A program made the position numbers and the translations under genes. The notes beneath the pieces were generated by a model. The model did no database searches, was not told the origin of the DNA, and saw nothing but the letters and a program-made list of their open reading frames with translations. This document shows positions 52,899-64,000 of a stretch of 64,000 nucleotides of DNA, piece by piece; within the stretch, counting starts at the first letter, position 1; each line of letters starts with the position of its first letter. The stretch comes from Mobula hypostoma (lineage: Eukaryota), in assembly GCF_963921235.1 (NCBI RefSeq), contig NC_086097.1, forward strand, positions 31,994,001 through 32,058,000. Reading direction: 5' to 3'.

Positions 52899-53121
52899 TC
52901 AAGTGGGTGGGGGTCCATGTGTGTACCGCAGCATGGGATAGAGGGAACGGGCGAAGTTATTGGCAACAGAGCAGCTGTACTCAGGCTGCTGGAGGGGCAA
53001 GAGGGAGGCAAGGAGGAGGAGGAAGAGGAGGAGCAGCTGGAGGGGCAGGGCTGCCCTCAACACCCGGCCCAGGAAGGGCCGTTCCCTTGGGGAGGTCTGC
53101 TCCACTGTCACTGGCGCTGAC
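52899..53121 (-). CDS. SYNE2: Nesprin (SYNE2-like) last exon: transmembrane segment and KASH domain
   Basis: CCCCCCAG acceptor. Encodes SAPVTVEQTSPRERPFLGRVLRAALPLQLLLLFLLLLASLLPLQQPEYSCSVANNFARSLYPMLRYTHGPPPT-stop, a canonical KASH peptide. Confidence 0.95.
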
Positions 53122-54170
53122 CTGGGGGGCAGAGAGAGACAGTGAGTAGGTCAATCTCCTCCAGGAGGACTAACATCTCCCCTGTCTCCCACCTCACTTC
53201 ATCTCCTTCTCCCTCTCCCCCCAACATCTCCCTCATCTCCTACCTCCCATCTCCATAATGTTCCAATGTCTCCTCTCCTACCATCTCACTCCATCTGCTG
53301 CCTCCCCATCTCCTCTCCCTGTTTCCACCTGTCCTCAAAATGTCTCCTTTGTCCTCTCTCCCCCCCAACATTTTGGCCCCACCTCCCCGCCTCCCCACAA
53401 CATCTCCTTCCCATCTCTCTTGCCCTGTTTCCAACCCTGTCTATACTCAAAATGTTTCATCCCTCATCTCCTGCCCCCACAGACCAGACCAGCAACTCAT
53501 GGTTCACACCCATCCCATAGATCTGCTCCCTGACTCAAACCTGCTCTCACTGGCCCCCTCCATACCTACTCATCCCTATACCCACCACAACACAGATCCC
53601 CCCCCCATCCCCTCTCCATTCCCACCTCTCCCTACATCCACTCAACCCCTTCTCTCTCAGTTCCTTACCCCCATCCCACATGACACCTCCCCTCCCCAGA
53701 CCCTCCTCCTCTTTCACATACCCCCACACCTCCCCAACTCACCTAACAGGCCCCTTCCCCCAACCCCTCCACCCCTCTCACACCACCCCATCCCCTCCCC
53801 TACACCCCCTTCCCCTCCTTCCATCTCCAGTCCTCTCACTCTCCTACCCTCTTGACCCATTCATTTTCCCTCCCTCATCCCTACTTTCCCTTTTCTTCAA
53901 ACCTTCCCCCCCCCCATAGACATGTCAATTAAATGGAGAGGAGAGTGGGGGCAGAGAATCGAGCCAGTCTCTCCAAATGAAGTCAGGACACTGTGAACAT
54001 CAGGAAAGGGTGGACTGAAAGAAGCAGAGCCCAACCTCCCCGTCCCACCGTGCAGTGATCCCTGACTCCGCTTCTTCTGCCCAGTGACCCTTGGAACCCC
54101 CCCCCCACCGCACTGCCCAGTGACCCTCTGACCCCTCACCCCCCATTCAGTGACCTCACCCAGTACTCAC

Positions 54171-54205
54171 CTCTGCGCGGAGACAGGTGGAGCTTCCTTC
54201 AAACC
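54171..54205 (-). CDS. SYNE2: Nesprin (SYNE2-like) 35-bp exon
   Basis: TTCCAG acceptor, GAG|GTGAGT donor; GLKEAPPVSAQ(R). Phase 0 to 2 fits both neighbouring exons. Confidence 0.72.
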
Positions 54206-54473
54206 CTGGAACACATCAAAATCACCCAGTGAATCACCGTGGGGGTGGGCAGTACTGGAGGGGGTGAGGTTCAGACTATAGGGAGGGGCGGTACTGAGGG
54301 AGAGTCACATCAGAGGGTTGGTTCTGAGGGTGGGAGGGATGGAGGGTGGGTCACATTGTGGGAGGGGGCGTGAACAGCGATGGACGGGAGTGGATGATAG
54401 GGGAGGACTGAGAGAGGGACTGGATGTGCGCGGAATGGCTGTGCACCAGACCCAGACGGGAGGGAACACTTAC

Positions 54474-54554
54474 CGACATATGTCGCAATGGGGTGCTAGT
54501 CTGTGGGACCACCGTAACATCCAGCTCTTCAGCAGATATGAAAGAACTGGCATC
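54474..54554 (-). CDS. SYNE2: Nesprin (SYNE2-like) 81-bp exon
   Basis: GCCACAG acceptor, TCG|GTAAGT donor. DASSFISAEELDVTVVPQTSTPLRHMS resembles nesprin-1 SSWSSADELD..STP as recalled. Confidence 0.82.
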
Positions 54555-54599
54555 CTGTGGCAAGAAAGAGCAGACACAGTGAGGGTGGCAAATGATATT

Positions 54600-56182
54600 C
54601 TTTCTCTTTAAGGGACACAACATCCATTCAGGCAACCTGCACCGAGTTGGAGGGCTGGCTGAAATCTGTGGACAAGTCTGGCCTACCTGGGAAGTTTAAA
54701 GCCTGGGTGTATCAGCATGGCATTCTTCTCAGAATCCTGTGGCCCCTCCTCGTCTATGCAGTTCCGATCGTGATGGTCGAAACCTTAGAGAGGAGGGTTA
54801 GCAACCACCTCAGGAGATGGCTAGGGCTGCCAAAGAGTCTGAGCAGCATCGCACTCTATGGACACCACAACAAACTGCAACTGCCCTTCAAATCCTTGGA
54901 GGAAGAATTCAAGGTAACAAGAGCCTGAGAAGTGCTACAGTATAGGGACTCAAGTGTCCCGAAGGTGGCTAGAGCAGGGATCCAAGTGAGGACTGGCAGG
55001 AAGTGGAGGGCAGAGGAAGCTATTCAGGAGGCAGAGGCGAGGCTGTGTCACAGGAGGCTGGTGGGAGTGGTCACACAAGGCCGAGCTAGGCTAGGATCCT
55101 TTCCAACTCCCCAAATGGACACCAGAGGGAAGGAAAGGCGCCGTCTGGTTCAGGAGGAGGTGAGAGCAGTAGTGGAGGAGATGAGAGCCTGCAAGGCGGT
55201 GGGAATGAAGCAACAGGGAGCTTGGACAAGATGGGAGAATGCAGTTGAGAGGAAAGTGACCTGGGCTGATCTTTGGAAAGCCGAACCACACCGCAACCAA
55301 TTTTTCATCCAGGCAGTGTACGATGTGCTTCCAAGCCCATCAAACCTGCACACATGGGGCAAGGCAGAGTCATCTGTGTGCCCACTGTGCTCCAAGCGAG
55401 GAACCCTGGAGCACATCCTCAGCGGCTGCGCAAGGGCACTTGGTGAGGGACGGTACAGGTGGAGGCATGATCAGGTCCTGAAAACCATCGCTGAAGCCGT
55501 CAGCGCAGGAGTTGAGTGGGTGAAGTGGTCCCGACCCTCCAAGCAGACCATTGCCTTTGTCAGAGCTGGGGAGCAGCCAATACCTGCCAAAAGAACATCT
55601 GCAGGCATTCTGACCTCTGCAAGGGACTGGCAGCTGTTGGTGGACCTCGAACGGCAGCTGAAGTTCCCCAACCATATCGCAGCCACCACCCTGCAACCAG
55701 ACATTGTCCTAGTGTCTGAGTCTACTAAGCAAGTGGTGCTGCTGGAGCTGACAGTCCCATGGGAAGATCGCTTGGAAGAGGCCTTTGAAAGGAAGCTCTC
55801 CAAGTACACAGGACTTGTCAGCAACTGTCAGCAGGCTGGATGGAGAGCAAGGTGTCTCCCAGTGGAGATTGGTTGTAGGGGATTCGTAGCCCGTTCTTTA
55901 GTTAGAGCCTTCAGCATTTTGGGCATCGAGGGAGAGAGGAAGAGGAGAGCCATCCGCAGTACCACTGATGTGGCAGAGAGGGCCTCAAGATGGCTGTGGC
56001 TCAAAAGAGGGGAGCCATGGAGTCATAAGTAGCTAGCCATCTGGACACAAGCTGGGGTCTGATCAGCCCTGGCTGGGTCACCTGGAGGAGGTTGTATGAT
56101 GTTGAAAGACCTGAAACACCCGATGATTCCAGGAACATCACTGAAGATGTGTCCAGAAGCATCAATAGATGTATGCACACAG
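54600..56182 (+). mobile_element. 5'-truncated HERO-like non-LTR retrotransposon (CCHC plus restriction-like endonuclease)
   Basis: ORFs 54647-54928 and 54932-56032 share a frame, split by one TGA. Motifs CPLCSKRGTLEHILSGC, RWRHDQVL, PDIVL..ELTVPWE..K.SKY. Confidence 0.85.
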
Positions 56183-56189
56183 CTGTTCA

Positions 56190-56900
56190 AGGAAACCTTG
56201 GGAATTATGGACAGTGAATATTAGTTCAGTGATGGGAAAATTATTGCAGAAGATTCTTAGAGACAGGATTTCCAAGCATTTGAAGAATCGTAGTCTGATT
56301 AGGGATTGTCAGCATGGATTTGTGAGGGGCAGGTCATGAGCCTGATTGAATTCTTTGAGGATATGACAAAGCACCTTGATATAGAGCAGTAGATGTGGTA
56401 TATATATAAAAATTGTAGTAACTGATAAGGCTTCCCATGGAAAACTCATTCACAAAGTCAGGAGGCATAGGATCCAGGCAAACTTGGCTGTGTGTATACA
56501 GAATTGACTTGCTCTCATTAGGCAGAGAGGGTTGTTGTAGATGGAGAGTATTCTGTCCGGATGTCGATGACCTGTGGTGTACAACAGGGTTATGTTCTGG
56601 GACCTCTGCTGTTTGTGATTTTTATAAATGATTTGGATGAGGAAGTGGAAGGTGGGTTAGTAAGTCTGCCACTGACAGAAAGGTTGGTAGTGTTGTGGAT
56701 AGTTGTGGTTGTGGAACATTGACAGGATGCAGAGCTGGGCTGAGAAGTGGCAGATGGAGTTCAATCCCAAAAAGTGTGAAGTGATTCACTATGGAAGGTT
56801 GAGTTTGAAGGCAGAGTACAGGGTTAATGGCAGAATTTTTGGCAATGTGGAGAAACAGAAGGATCTTGGGGCCCACATCCAGAGATCTCTCAAAGCTGCT
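56190..56900 (+). mobile_element. Degraded CR1 RT fragment
   Basis: IDRMQSWAEKWQMEFNPKKCEVIH. Confidence 0.8.
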
Positions 56901-57334
56901 GGGATGGGGGATTGAGAACCATACCGGGTGGGCTGGAATTCTTCTGAAGACCTGGTCAGTGGGGAGAGGCTGTCCTCCCTTACCTACCTCGACTACTTCC
57001 TCAGGCAGCATGTTCCCTACACCCAGCACCCTCAGCTTGGAAAGGTTTCCCCTCAGGTCATCACAGCAACAACTTTTCCCTCAATGTCAGCAAAACAAAG
57101 GAGATGGTTACTGACTTTAGGAAGGGTAGGGAGTGGGGTTGCACATGCTCCTGTCTACATCAATGGTGCTGAGATGGAGAGGGATGAGCAGTCAATGGGT
57201 TGTCATAAGGCTGCACCAAGTTCCTAGGAGCGAACATCACCAAAACTTGTCCTGGTCCAACCATATTGATGCCATGGCCAAGAAATCTCATCAACATCTC
57301 TACTTCTCCAAGAAGCTAAAGAAATTTGGCATGC

Positions 57335-58330
57335 ATCACCCTCTGCCTTAAATATACCCATTGACTTGGCCTCAATGGGTCCGGTAATGAATTCCACAGA
57401 TTTACCAATCTCTGGCTAAAGAACTTCCTCCTCACCTCCGTTCTAAAAGGACGCTCCTGTATTCTGAGGCTGTGTCCTTGGGTCATGGACTCTCCCACCA
57501 TAGGAAATATCCTCTCCACATCCACTCTATCAAGGCCTTTCAACTTTTGATAGGTTTCAATGAAGTCACCGCTCATTCTTCTGAATTCCAGTGAGTAGAA
57601 GCCCAGAGCCATCACGCGCTCTTCATACGACAAACCTTTCAATTCCAGAATCATTTTTGTGAACTTCATTTGAACCCTCCTCAAAGTCAGCACATCCTTT
57701 CTTAGATAAGGGGCCCAAAATGGCTCTCAATGCCTCAAGTGAGGCTTCATCAGTGCTTTATAAAGCCTCAATATTACATCCTTTACTTTATATTCTAGTC
57801 TTCTTGAAATGAATGCTAGCATCGCAATTGCCTTCCTCATCTCAGACTCAACCTGCAGATTAACCTTTAGGGAATGCTGCTGCACAAGAATTCCCCAGTC
57901 CCTCTCCATCTCAGTTTTTTTGTAATTTCTCTCCATTTAGAAAATAGTCAACCTTTTCATTTCTTCTACCAAAGTGCATGACCATACACTTTCTGACACT
58001 GCATTCTATCTGCCATTTCTTTACCCACTCTCCTAATCTGTCAAAGCCCTCTGTAGCCCCTCTACTTCCTCAAAACTGCCTGCCCCTCCATGTATCTTTG
58101 TATCATCCACAAAGCCATCAATTCCATCATCTAAGTCACTGACATATTGCATAAAAAGAATCGGTCCCAACACAGACCCCTGTGGAACACCACCAGTCAC
58201 CAACAGCCAACCAGAAAAGACTCCCTTTATTGCCACTCTTTCCTTCCTGCCAATGGGCCACTGTTTAATCCATGCCAGCATATTTCCTGTAATATCATAG
58301 GCTCTGAACTCATTAAGCAACCTCGTGTGG
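57335..58330 (-). mobile_element. CR1 fragment (RT to 3' end)
   Basis: Minus ORFs 58033-58320 (GVPQGSVLGP), 57727-57936 and 57316-57693. Confidence 0.88.
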
Positions 58331-58490
58331 CCGCCTGAAGATCAAACTACACAGCAACCACTGAACCTGCTTTGTCTCTCCTGCTTGTTATGTAATGATC
58401 TAGGTTTCGATTCCCCTCAAACCACCCTCTGCCCCCATTCACCATCCCTGCCTCATCACCCCTGCTGCATACCCCATCCCGTGCACTCAC

Positions 58491-58682
58491 CAGCCTCTCG
58501 TCGACAGTCTGCAGGTCACCAGCCACACCCTGGAGCAGAAGTCGGGCCTTGTTGGCAACGGCACAGATCTCCTCCCGGGCCTCCCGCTGCCGGGGCCCCT
58601 GTGGATTGTCCAGCAGCCGCCGGCCGAGCTCCTCCAGCCCCAGTATCTGTGGCTGATGGCCCAGCATCTCCTCCTGCAGTGC
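58491..58682 (-). CDS. SYNE2: Nesprin (SYNE2-like) exon, final spectrin repeat
   Basis: ATGCAG acceptor, CTG|GTGAGT donor; 192 bp, phase 0-0. ALQEEMLGHQPQILGLEELGRRLLDNPQGPRQREAREEICAVANKARLLLQGVAGDLQTVDERL. Confidence 0.88.
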
Positions 58683-59013
58683 CTGCATTTGAAAGCGCGG
58701 CGTCAGAGAGGGTGGGAGTGGAGGGAAGGGGTGATGTCGGTGGGAGCGGAGCGAGAGGGGACGGAGGGTGGAAGCAGAGTGCGCGAGGGATGTGCGGAAG
58801 GTGTACGTGGAGGGGGTGCTGGTGGCGTGAGGAAATGGGGTCGCCGGGGTGGGTGAGGGCAGGGCAGAAAGCGAGTGAGGGTGGGGTGGAGCGTGCGAGG
58901 GGGGGAGGGGAAGCGGGGGACAGGAGGCCGAGCAGTGAGCAGCTAAGCCCGTGTCTATGGGGGATGCCCACCCTAAGGCAGTGAAACCACCCCCCCTGGC
59001 CGCCAACACCCAC

Positions 59014-59142
59014 CAGCAACTCCCTGCGCCGCTGTGCTAGGGTCTGCATCCCCAGGGTGGGAGCTGTGGGCCGGAGCCCCTCCCGCCGTTCCTCACAGTT
59101 AGCCAGCCACGTCTGTACCGAGCGAGTGGTATACCACACGTC
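59014..59142 (-). CDS. SYNE2: Nesprin (SYNE2-like) exon, spectrin repeat
   Basis: CCTGCAG acceptor, CTG|GTGGGT donor; 129 bp. DVWYTTRSVQTWLANCEERREGLRPTAPTLGMQTLAQRRRELL. Confidence 0.85.
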
Positions 59143-59233
59143 CTGCAGGGGAGAGACAAGGGGAGAGTGAACAAGCGTGGAGAGGGCGCGGCCAAAGATC
59201 AGTCGTCCCAAAGGAGCAGGCTCACCCCATTTA

Positions 59234-60806
59234 CAGGTTTCCCCTGCCATCCGAAGGTAAAGCATTCCTATGAAACGGTTCATAAGCCGGAATGTCATAA
59301 AGCGAAGAAGCAATTAGCATTTATATATATGGGAAAACTTTGTGAGCGTTCGCAGACCCAAAAATAACCTACCAAATCATGCCAAATAACACTTAAAACC
59401 TAAAATAACAGTAACATATATTAAAAGCAGGAATGATATGATAAATACACAGCCTATATAAAGTAGAAATACTTTTCCACAATCATTGCCTGAACCATTC
59501 TCTGTACCAAAAATCTCACGCAAGCGCTCTCGGCAGAAAATCTCATGCAAGCGCTGTCGGCAGAAAATCTCACGCAAGCGCTCTCCAGTAACCTTTAAGC
59601 TACAAAGCTGCCAAATCATACCAAATAACACATAAAAATACACAGCCGATATAAAGTAGAGATAATGTATGTACAGTGTAGTATCACTTACGGGAATCAG
59701 GAAGACAGTGCCGAGCACACTGATGATGGTGTGTTAGGCTGACTCGTTGCAGGTTGGGGTGGTGCAGTGGCCCCCACCCTCCGGGCAGCAACCGATACCG
59801 ATCCGCGAAGCGTGCAGGAGTACAGCGGTAGCCGGGAGGCATACAGCACATCTTTAAGAAAAAAGCCGAAATAAACAAGCTAATTAATTAGGTGCCGCCC
59901 GGCATGTAAATGTTGGCCCAGATTAGAGGCGACGCAATCGGCAATCGTCTCTGATCTGGGCCGACAATTACGTGCCGGGTGACACCTAATTAATTAGCAT
60001 GTTTATTTCGGCTTTTTTCTTAAAGATGTGCTGTGTGCCTCCCGGCTACTGCTGCATTCTCTACGAATCAGTATCTGTCCACGGCCTGGAGGTTGGGGTG
60101 GTGAGACACTGAGGTGTCATCTGTTTCCATTAGGGCAAGCAGCTCATCTTCTCCTATGACTGCCTGCCTCGATGTTGAAGGTTGAGGTTCGTCGTCTGCT
60201 GTGGCTGGTGTGGAAGGCTTGCTTGACTGCTGAGCCTTGCGCATTTTTCTATCATACAGTTCTTTGTAAGCACTCAAACCATTCTGCAAATATGCCTTAA
60301 ACCGACGTACCCTTTCAAAATTAAAGTCGTACTTTATCATTACTCATTCGGTTTCGATTGTTATCCTTTCCTCTTCCAATTGCATCAGCTCTTCATCTAT
60401 CAGTTCTTGGGCATGGGATGCCAAAACCTCTTCAACATCATCTTCGTCAGCTCCCACAGGCCAAACTCACTTTGTCCTTACTTCGTTCACCACGATCGAA
60501 ACGCTTAATTATGTCTAGTTTTACGCTAAGTGTAACACCCTTACGAGATCTTTCAGGCTTTTCTGATACCTTAGAACTCATCTTGCAAACGGCTGCTCAC
60601 AGGCACGTGTTCAAGCAATGGTGCATAGAATGCAGTTCCGAATCCGGGGAGAGCGGCTGCTCAGGGCGCGCGCTGCCTTTTTATTGCGTGCTGCCTTTCT
60701 TCGTAACAGTGAAAACACCTTCTATTAGCGAAAACAGGGAACTAATGTAGGTCTTTCGTAACAGTGAGGTTTCATAAAGCGAACGTTCGAAAAGCGGGGT
60801 CACCTG
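59234..60806 (-). mobile_element. Complete Tigger/pogo-like non-autonomous DNA transposon (~1.57 kb)
   Basis: TA on both sides (59232-59233, 60807-60808). Imperfect TIRs CAGGTTTCCCC.../...GGGGTCACCTG. Transposase C-terminal remnant on minus; internal palindrome. Confidence 0.85.
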
Positions 60807-61142
60807 TACCTGGCATAGCTCTGTGGGGTCAGTGAGGTCGGCTGCTCACATTACCTGTCTCTACAGGGTCGAGGTTTAAAGGTTACCATTCAGAGGTCAC
60901 AGTGCCCACTCCCTGGCTTTGTGGAGCTGTGCTTCACAGGTCACCAGGACCTGTGACCTGGTACTATAGAGCCAAAGTCACTGTGTGCCATTATCAGGCT
61001 CTGCGGAGTTCAGAGGTCAGCATTTAGCGGTTACTGCATTCCGTTAGCTAGTTCTGCAACAGGAGTCAAAGTCCAGGGGTCACAGCGCCCAGTGACCTGG
61101 CTCTGCCAGGGTCAGAGTTCAGGGGTCACAGCACCCAGTTAC

Positions 61143-61343
61143 CTGACTCTGCAGCAGGTCCCCACGCAGGCTGTCCCAGCAGTTGTGCAGCTCCTGCGAC
61201 ACCCGATTCCAGTGGCCGTTGACAGAGTGCAGCCGGTCCTGCAGCCCCCGCGCCTCATCGCTGCCCGACTGCACCAGCTCCCGGCCGCTCAGGTTGGCGG
61301 AGACCACCAATGCCTTGTACTTGCCCAGATCCTTCTGAATGTC
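61143..61343 (-). CDS. SYNE2: Nesprin (SYNE2-like) exon, spectrin repeat
   Basis: CTCCCAG acceptor, CAG|GTAACT donor; 201 bp. DIQKDLGKYKALVVSANLSGRELVQSGSDEARGLQDRLHSVNGHWNRVSQELHNCWDSLRGDLLQSQ; YKALVVS is nesprin-2-like. Confidence 0.9.
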
Positions 61344-62189
61344 CTGGGAGGGGGAAGAGAGAGTCCACTGTCTCACCAAAGGCTCCATCTAGCAACACAC
61401 ACATATATACACACACCCACACACACACTGGAGCTGGGGGCTTCCAGTGACATACATCCCCTGCTCTCCCACTCCCGAGGTAGAAGTCTCAACGCCAATG
61501 AGGGAGGTGTCCCCAGCAACCAGTGAGATGGAGGTTCTGCCTCAGTTGGCCGATGGAGAGGAGGTTTCAGGTGGCAGGTGTGCCAGACAGCCAATTGGAG
61601 GCAGCCAGGGGCAGTGCTGGAGGGGCTGGGTTCCGTCAGTGCACTGGACAGCAACACAGCCAGCAATGGGATGACTACAGTCCATATGTACCTCTCGATG
61701 CCCCCAGCTCTTTCTGGAAGCAACCATTCCATTTTTTAGCAGACCAAAGAAAGCATCCCATCTGGGTGCAGCATAATTTGGTATGGCAACTGCCTTGCCC
61801 GTGACTGCAAGAAACTGCAGAGACTTGTGGACACAGCTCAGCACAACACGGACTCTCTTGACCTTGCAATCTAACTCATTATGGTCTTGCACCTTATTGC
61901 CTGCCTGAAGTGCACTTTCTCTGTAACTGTTACACTTTATTCTGCATTCTGTTATCGGTTCCCCTTGTACTACCTCAATGCACCAATCACTGTAACGATC
62001 AGACCCACACGAACAGGCTGCAAGACAAGCTTTCCACTGTCCCTCACTACAAGTAGCAATAAAAAACCAATTCAAATTCCACAGACGTAAACGGTTTAAT
62101 TCTCCATGGTTACCTCCCCAGCTCTGCTTTCCCTCCCCCTTCCATGAGGAGGGCTAGAGAAGAGATTTTAAGAGCCTGGCTGAGCTATT

Positions 62190-63620
62190 TCATGAAAATG
62201 ATTCCAGAATTGAATGGCTTGTCATGTGAAAGGTATTTGATGGCTCTGGGCCTGTATTCACTAGAATTCAGAAGAATGAGAGGTGACCTTTTTGAAACCT
62301 ATCGAATGGTGAAACGCCTTGATATAGTGGATGTGGAAGGGATGCTTCCTGCAGTGGGAGAGTAAAAGACCAGAGGACACAGCCTCAGAACAGAGGGGCG
62401 TCGTTTTAGAACAGAGATGAGGAGGAATTTCTTTAGCCAGTGGTGAATCTATGTAATTCATTGCCACAGGCAGCTGCTGAGGCCAAGTCTTTATGTATAT
62501 TTAAGGCAGAGGCTGATAGATTCTCGAATGGTTAGGGCATGAAGGGATACAGGGAGAAGGCAGGAGATTGGGGCTGAGAGGAAAATTGAATTAGCCATGA
62601 TGAAATGGCAGAAAAGACTCGATGGGCTAATTGGCCTAATTCTGCTCCTATATCTTATAGTCTTATATTTGCCACCAGTGAGGTGCAGGTAGAATGGAGG
62701 ATAGCGAATGTTGTGCTTTTATTTAAGAACGATGACAAAGAAAAACTGGGAATTATAGACCAATAAGTCTAAATCTGTGGTAGATCAGTTACTGGAGAGG
62801 ATTCTGTGGAATAAAATATACATACATCAGGAAAAACGAGGTTTGATTAGGGGTAGTCAGCATGGCTTTGTGCACGGGAGATCGTATCTGACTAAGATTT
62901 TTTTTTAAAGTAATCGAGAAGGTTGATGAAGGCAGAGCGGTAGATGTGGCCTTTACAGATCTTGGTAATGCCTTTGATAAGATTCCACATGGTTGTTATG
63001 GAAAGTTGGTTTGTATGGGATCCAAGGGGAATTGACTATTTGGATAGAGAATTGCCTCAAAGGTAGAAAGCAGAGGGTGGTGATGGAAGATTCTTTCTCA
63101 GACTGGATTAGTGGTGTTCCCCACGGGTCGCTCTGGGTCCATGGTTGTCTATCATCTATATCAACGACCTGGACGAGAATGTACAAGGCAAGGTTAGTAA
63201 GTTTGCAGATGACACAGTGGTGGACAGTGCAGAAAGTGTTCAAATATTACAGGGGAATTGTGATCAGCAGGGTAAGTAGGCTGAGGAATCATAAATAGAG
63301 TTTCATTCAGCTAAGTATGAGGTGTTGCATCTTAGAAAGTCAAACCCCGGTTGGTTTTTCACGGGGAAAACCAGGGTCTAGGGAAATGTGGAACAAAGGG
63401 ACCTGGGTGTACAAGTACACAGTTCCCTAAAGTGGAGTCATAGATAGATAGGTCAGTGAAGAAGGCTTTTGGTACACAGGCCCTCATCAGTCATGGCATT
63501 GAGTATAAAAGCTGAGAGGGCATAGTGTTTGGGAGGCTGGGAGGAAACTGATAGAAGTTTATAGAATTATTGGAGGTACAGATATGGTAGATATTCACAG
63601 ACTTCTCTCCTGGGTAGAAA
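62190..63620 (+). mobile_element. Two degraded CR1 fragments
   Basis: LGLYSLEFRRMRGDL (62144-62365), then a second fragment with GNYRP/AFDK/WISGVP-like remnants. Confidence 0.8.
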
Positions 63621-63739
63621 TGCGGGAACCTCTGTATCTGGTTTAGAAAGACATCTGGTTTTCTGGCACCCCTAGGGAGAATGGTCATAGAGTATCAAAG
63701 TAACACAGCATGGAAACAGGCCCTTCAACCCATCAGCAA

Positions 63740-64000
63740 AAATAACAGGGTTGTTATCATGGGTGACTTTCACTTCCCTAATATTGATTGGCACCTGATT
63801 AGTTCCAAGGGTTTAGACGGGGCAGAGTTTGTTAAGTGTGTCCAGGATGGATTCCTGTCACAGTATGTGCACAGGCCGACAAGGAGGAATGCCATACTAG
63901 ATCTAGTATTAGGTAATGAACCGGGTCAGGTCACAGATCTCTCAGTGGGTGAGCATCTGGGGGACAGTGACCACCACTCCCTGGCCTTTAGCATTATCAT
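63740..64000 (+). mobile_element. CR1 APE-domain fragment running off the window
   Basis: MGDFHFPNIDW...AILDLVL; near-identical to 1375-1480. Confidence 0.85.

Noticed and set aside
58325..59313. Long overlapping GC-rich ORFs
   Set aside because: Explained by two nesprin exons plus read-through into GC-rich intron sequence.
62114..62153. Possible 40-bp minus-strand exon (CTCTAG...GAG|GTAACC)
   Set aside because: The translation does not resemble the expected nesprin spectrin repeat; chance splice motifs are likely.

Overview
Vertebrate genomic DNA, most likely a cartilaginous fish (inferred from the CR1/Rex-Babar/Penelope-type repeat landscape, not proven). Two genes end tail-to-tail. On the + strand are the last two coding exons of an estrogen receptor (36407-36587 and 45188-45344; ligand-binding domain helices 9-12 plus a short F domain; ESR2-like). 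On the - strand are six 3' exons of a nesprin/SYNE gene (61343 to 52899; 286 aa in frame, ending in a KASH domain with PPPT; SYNE2-like). Both look diverged from the human ESR2/SYNE2 sequences as I recall them, so this may be a separate ohnologous ESR-SYNE pair. The last ESR intron is almost entirely an ~8.2-kb, 18-bp-unit minisatellite with higher-order duplications. The rest is nested transposon debris: CR1 LINEs, two Gypsy-like LTR elements, a hAT element, two Tigger/pogo-like elements with a ~225-bp internal palindrome, a HERO-like REL retrotransposon, a solo LTR, and several Penelope-type termini with minimal hammerhead-ribozyme motifs. Comparisons to human proteins are from memory; no database search was run.
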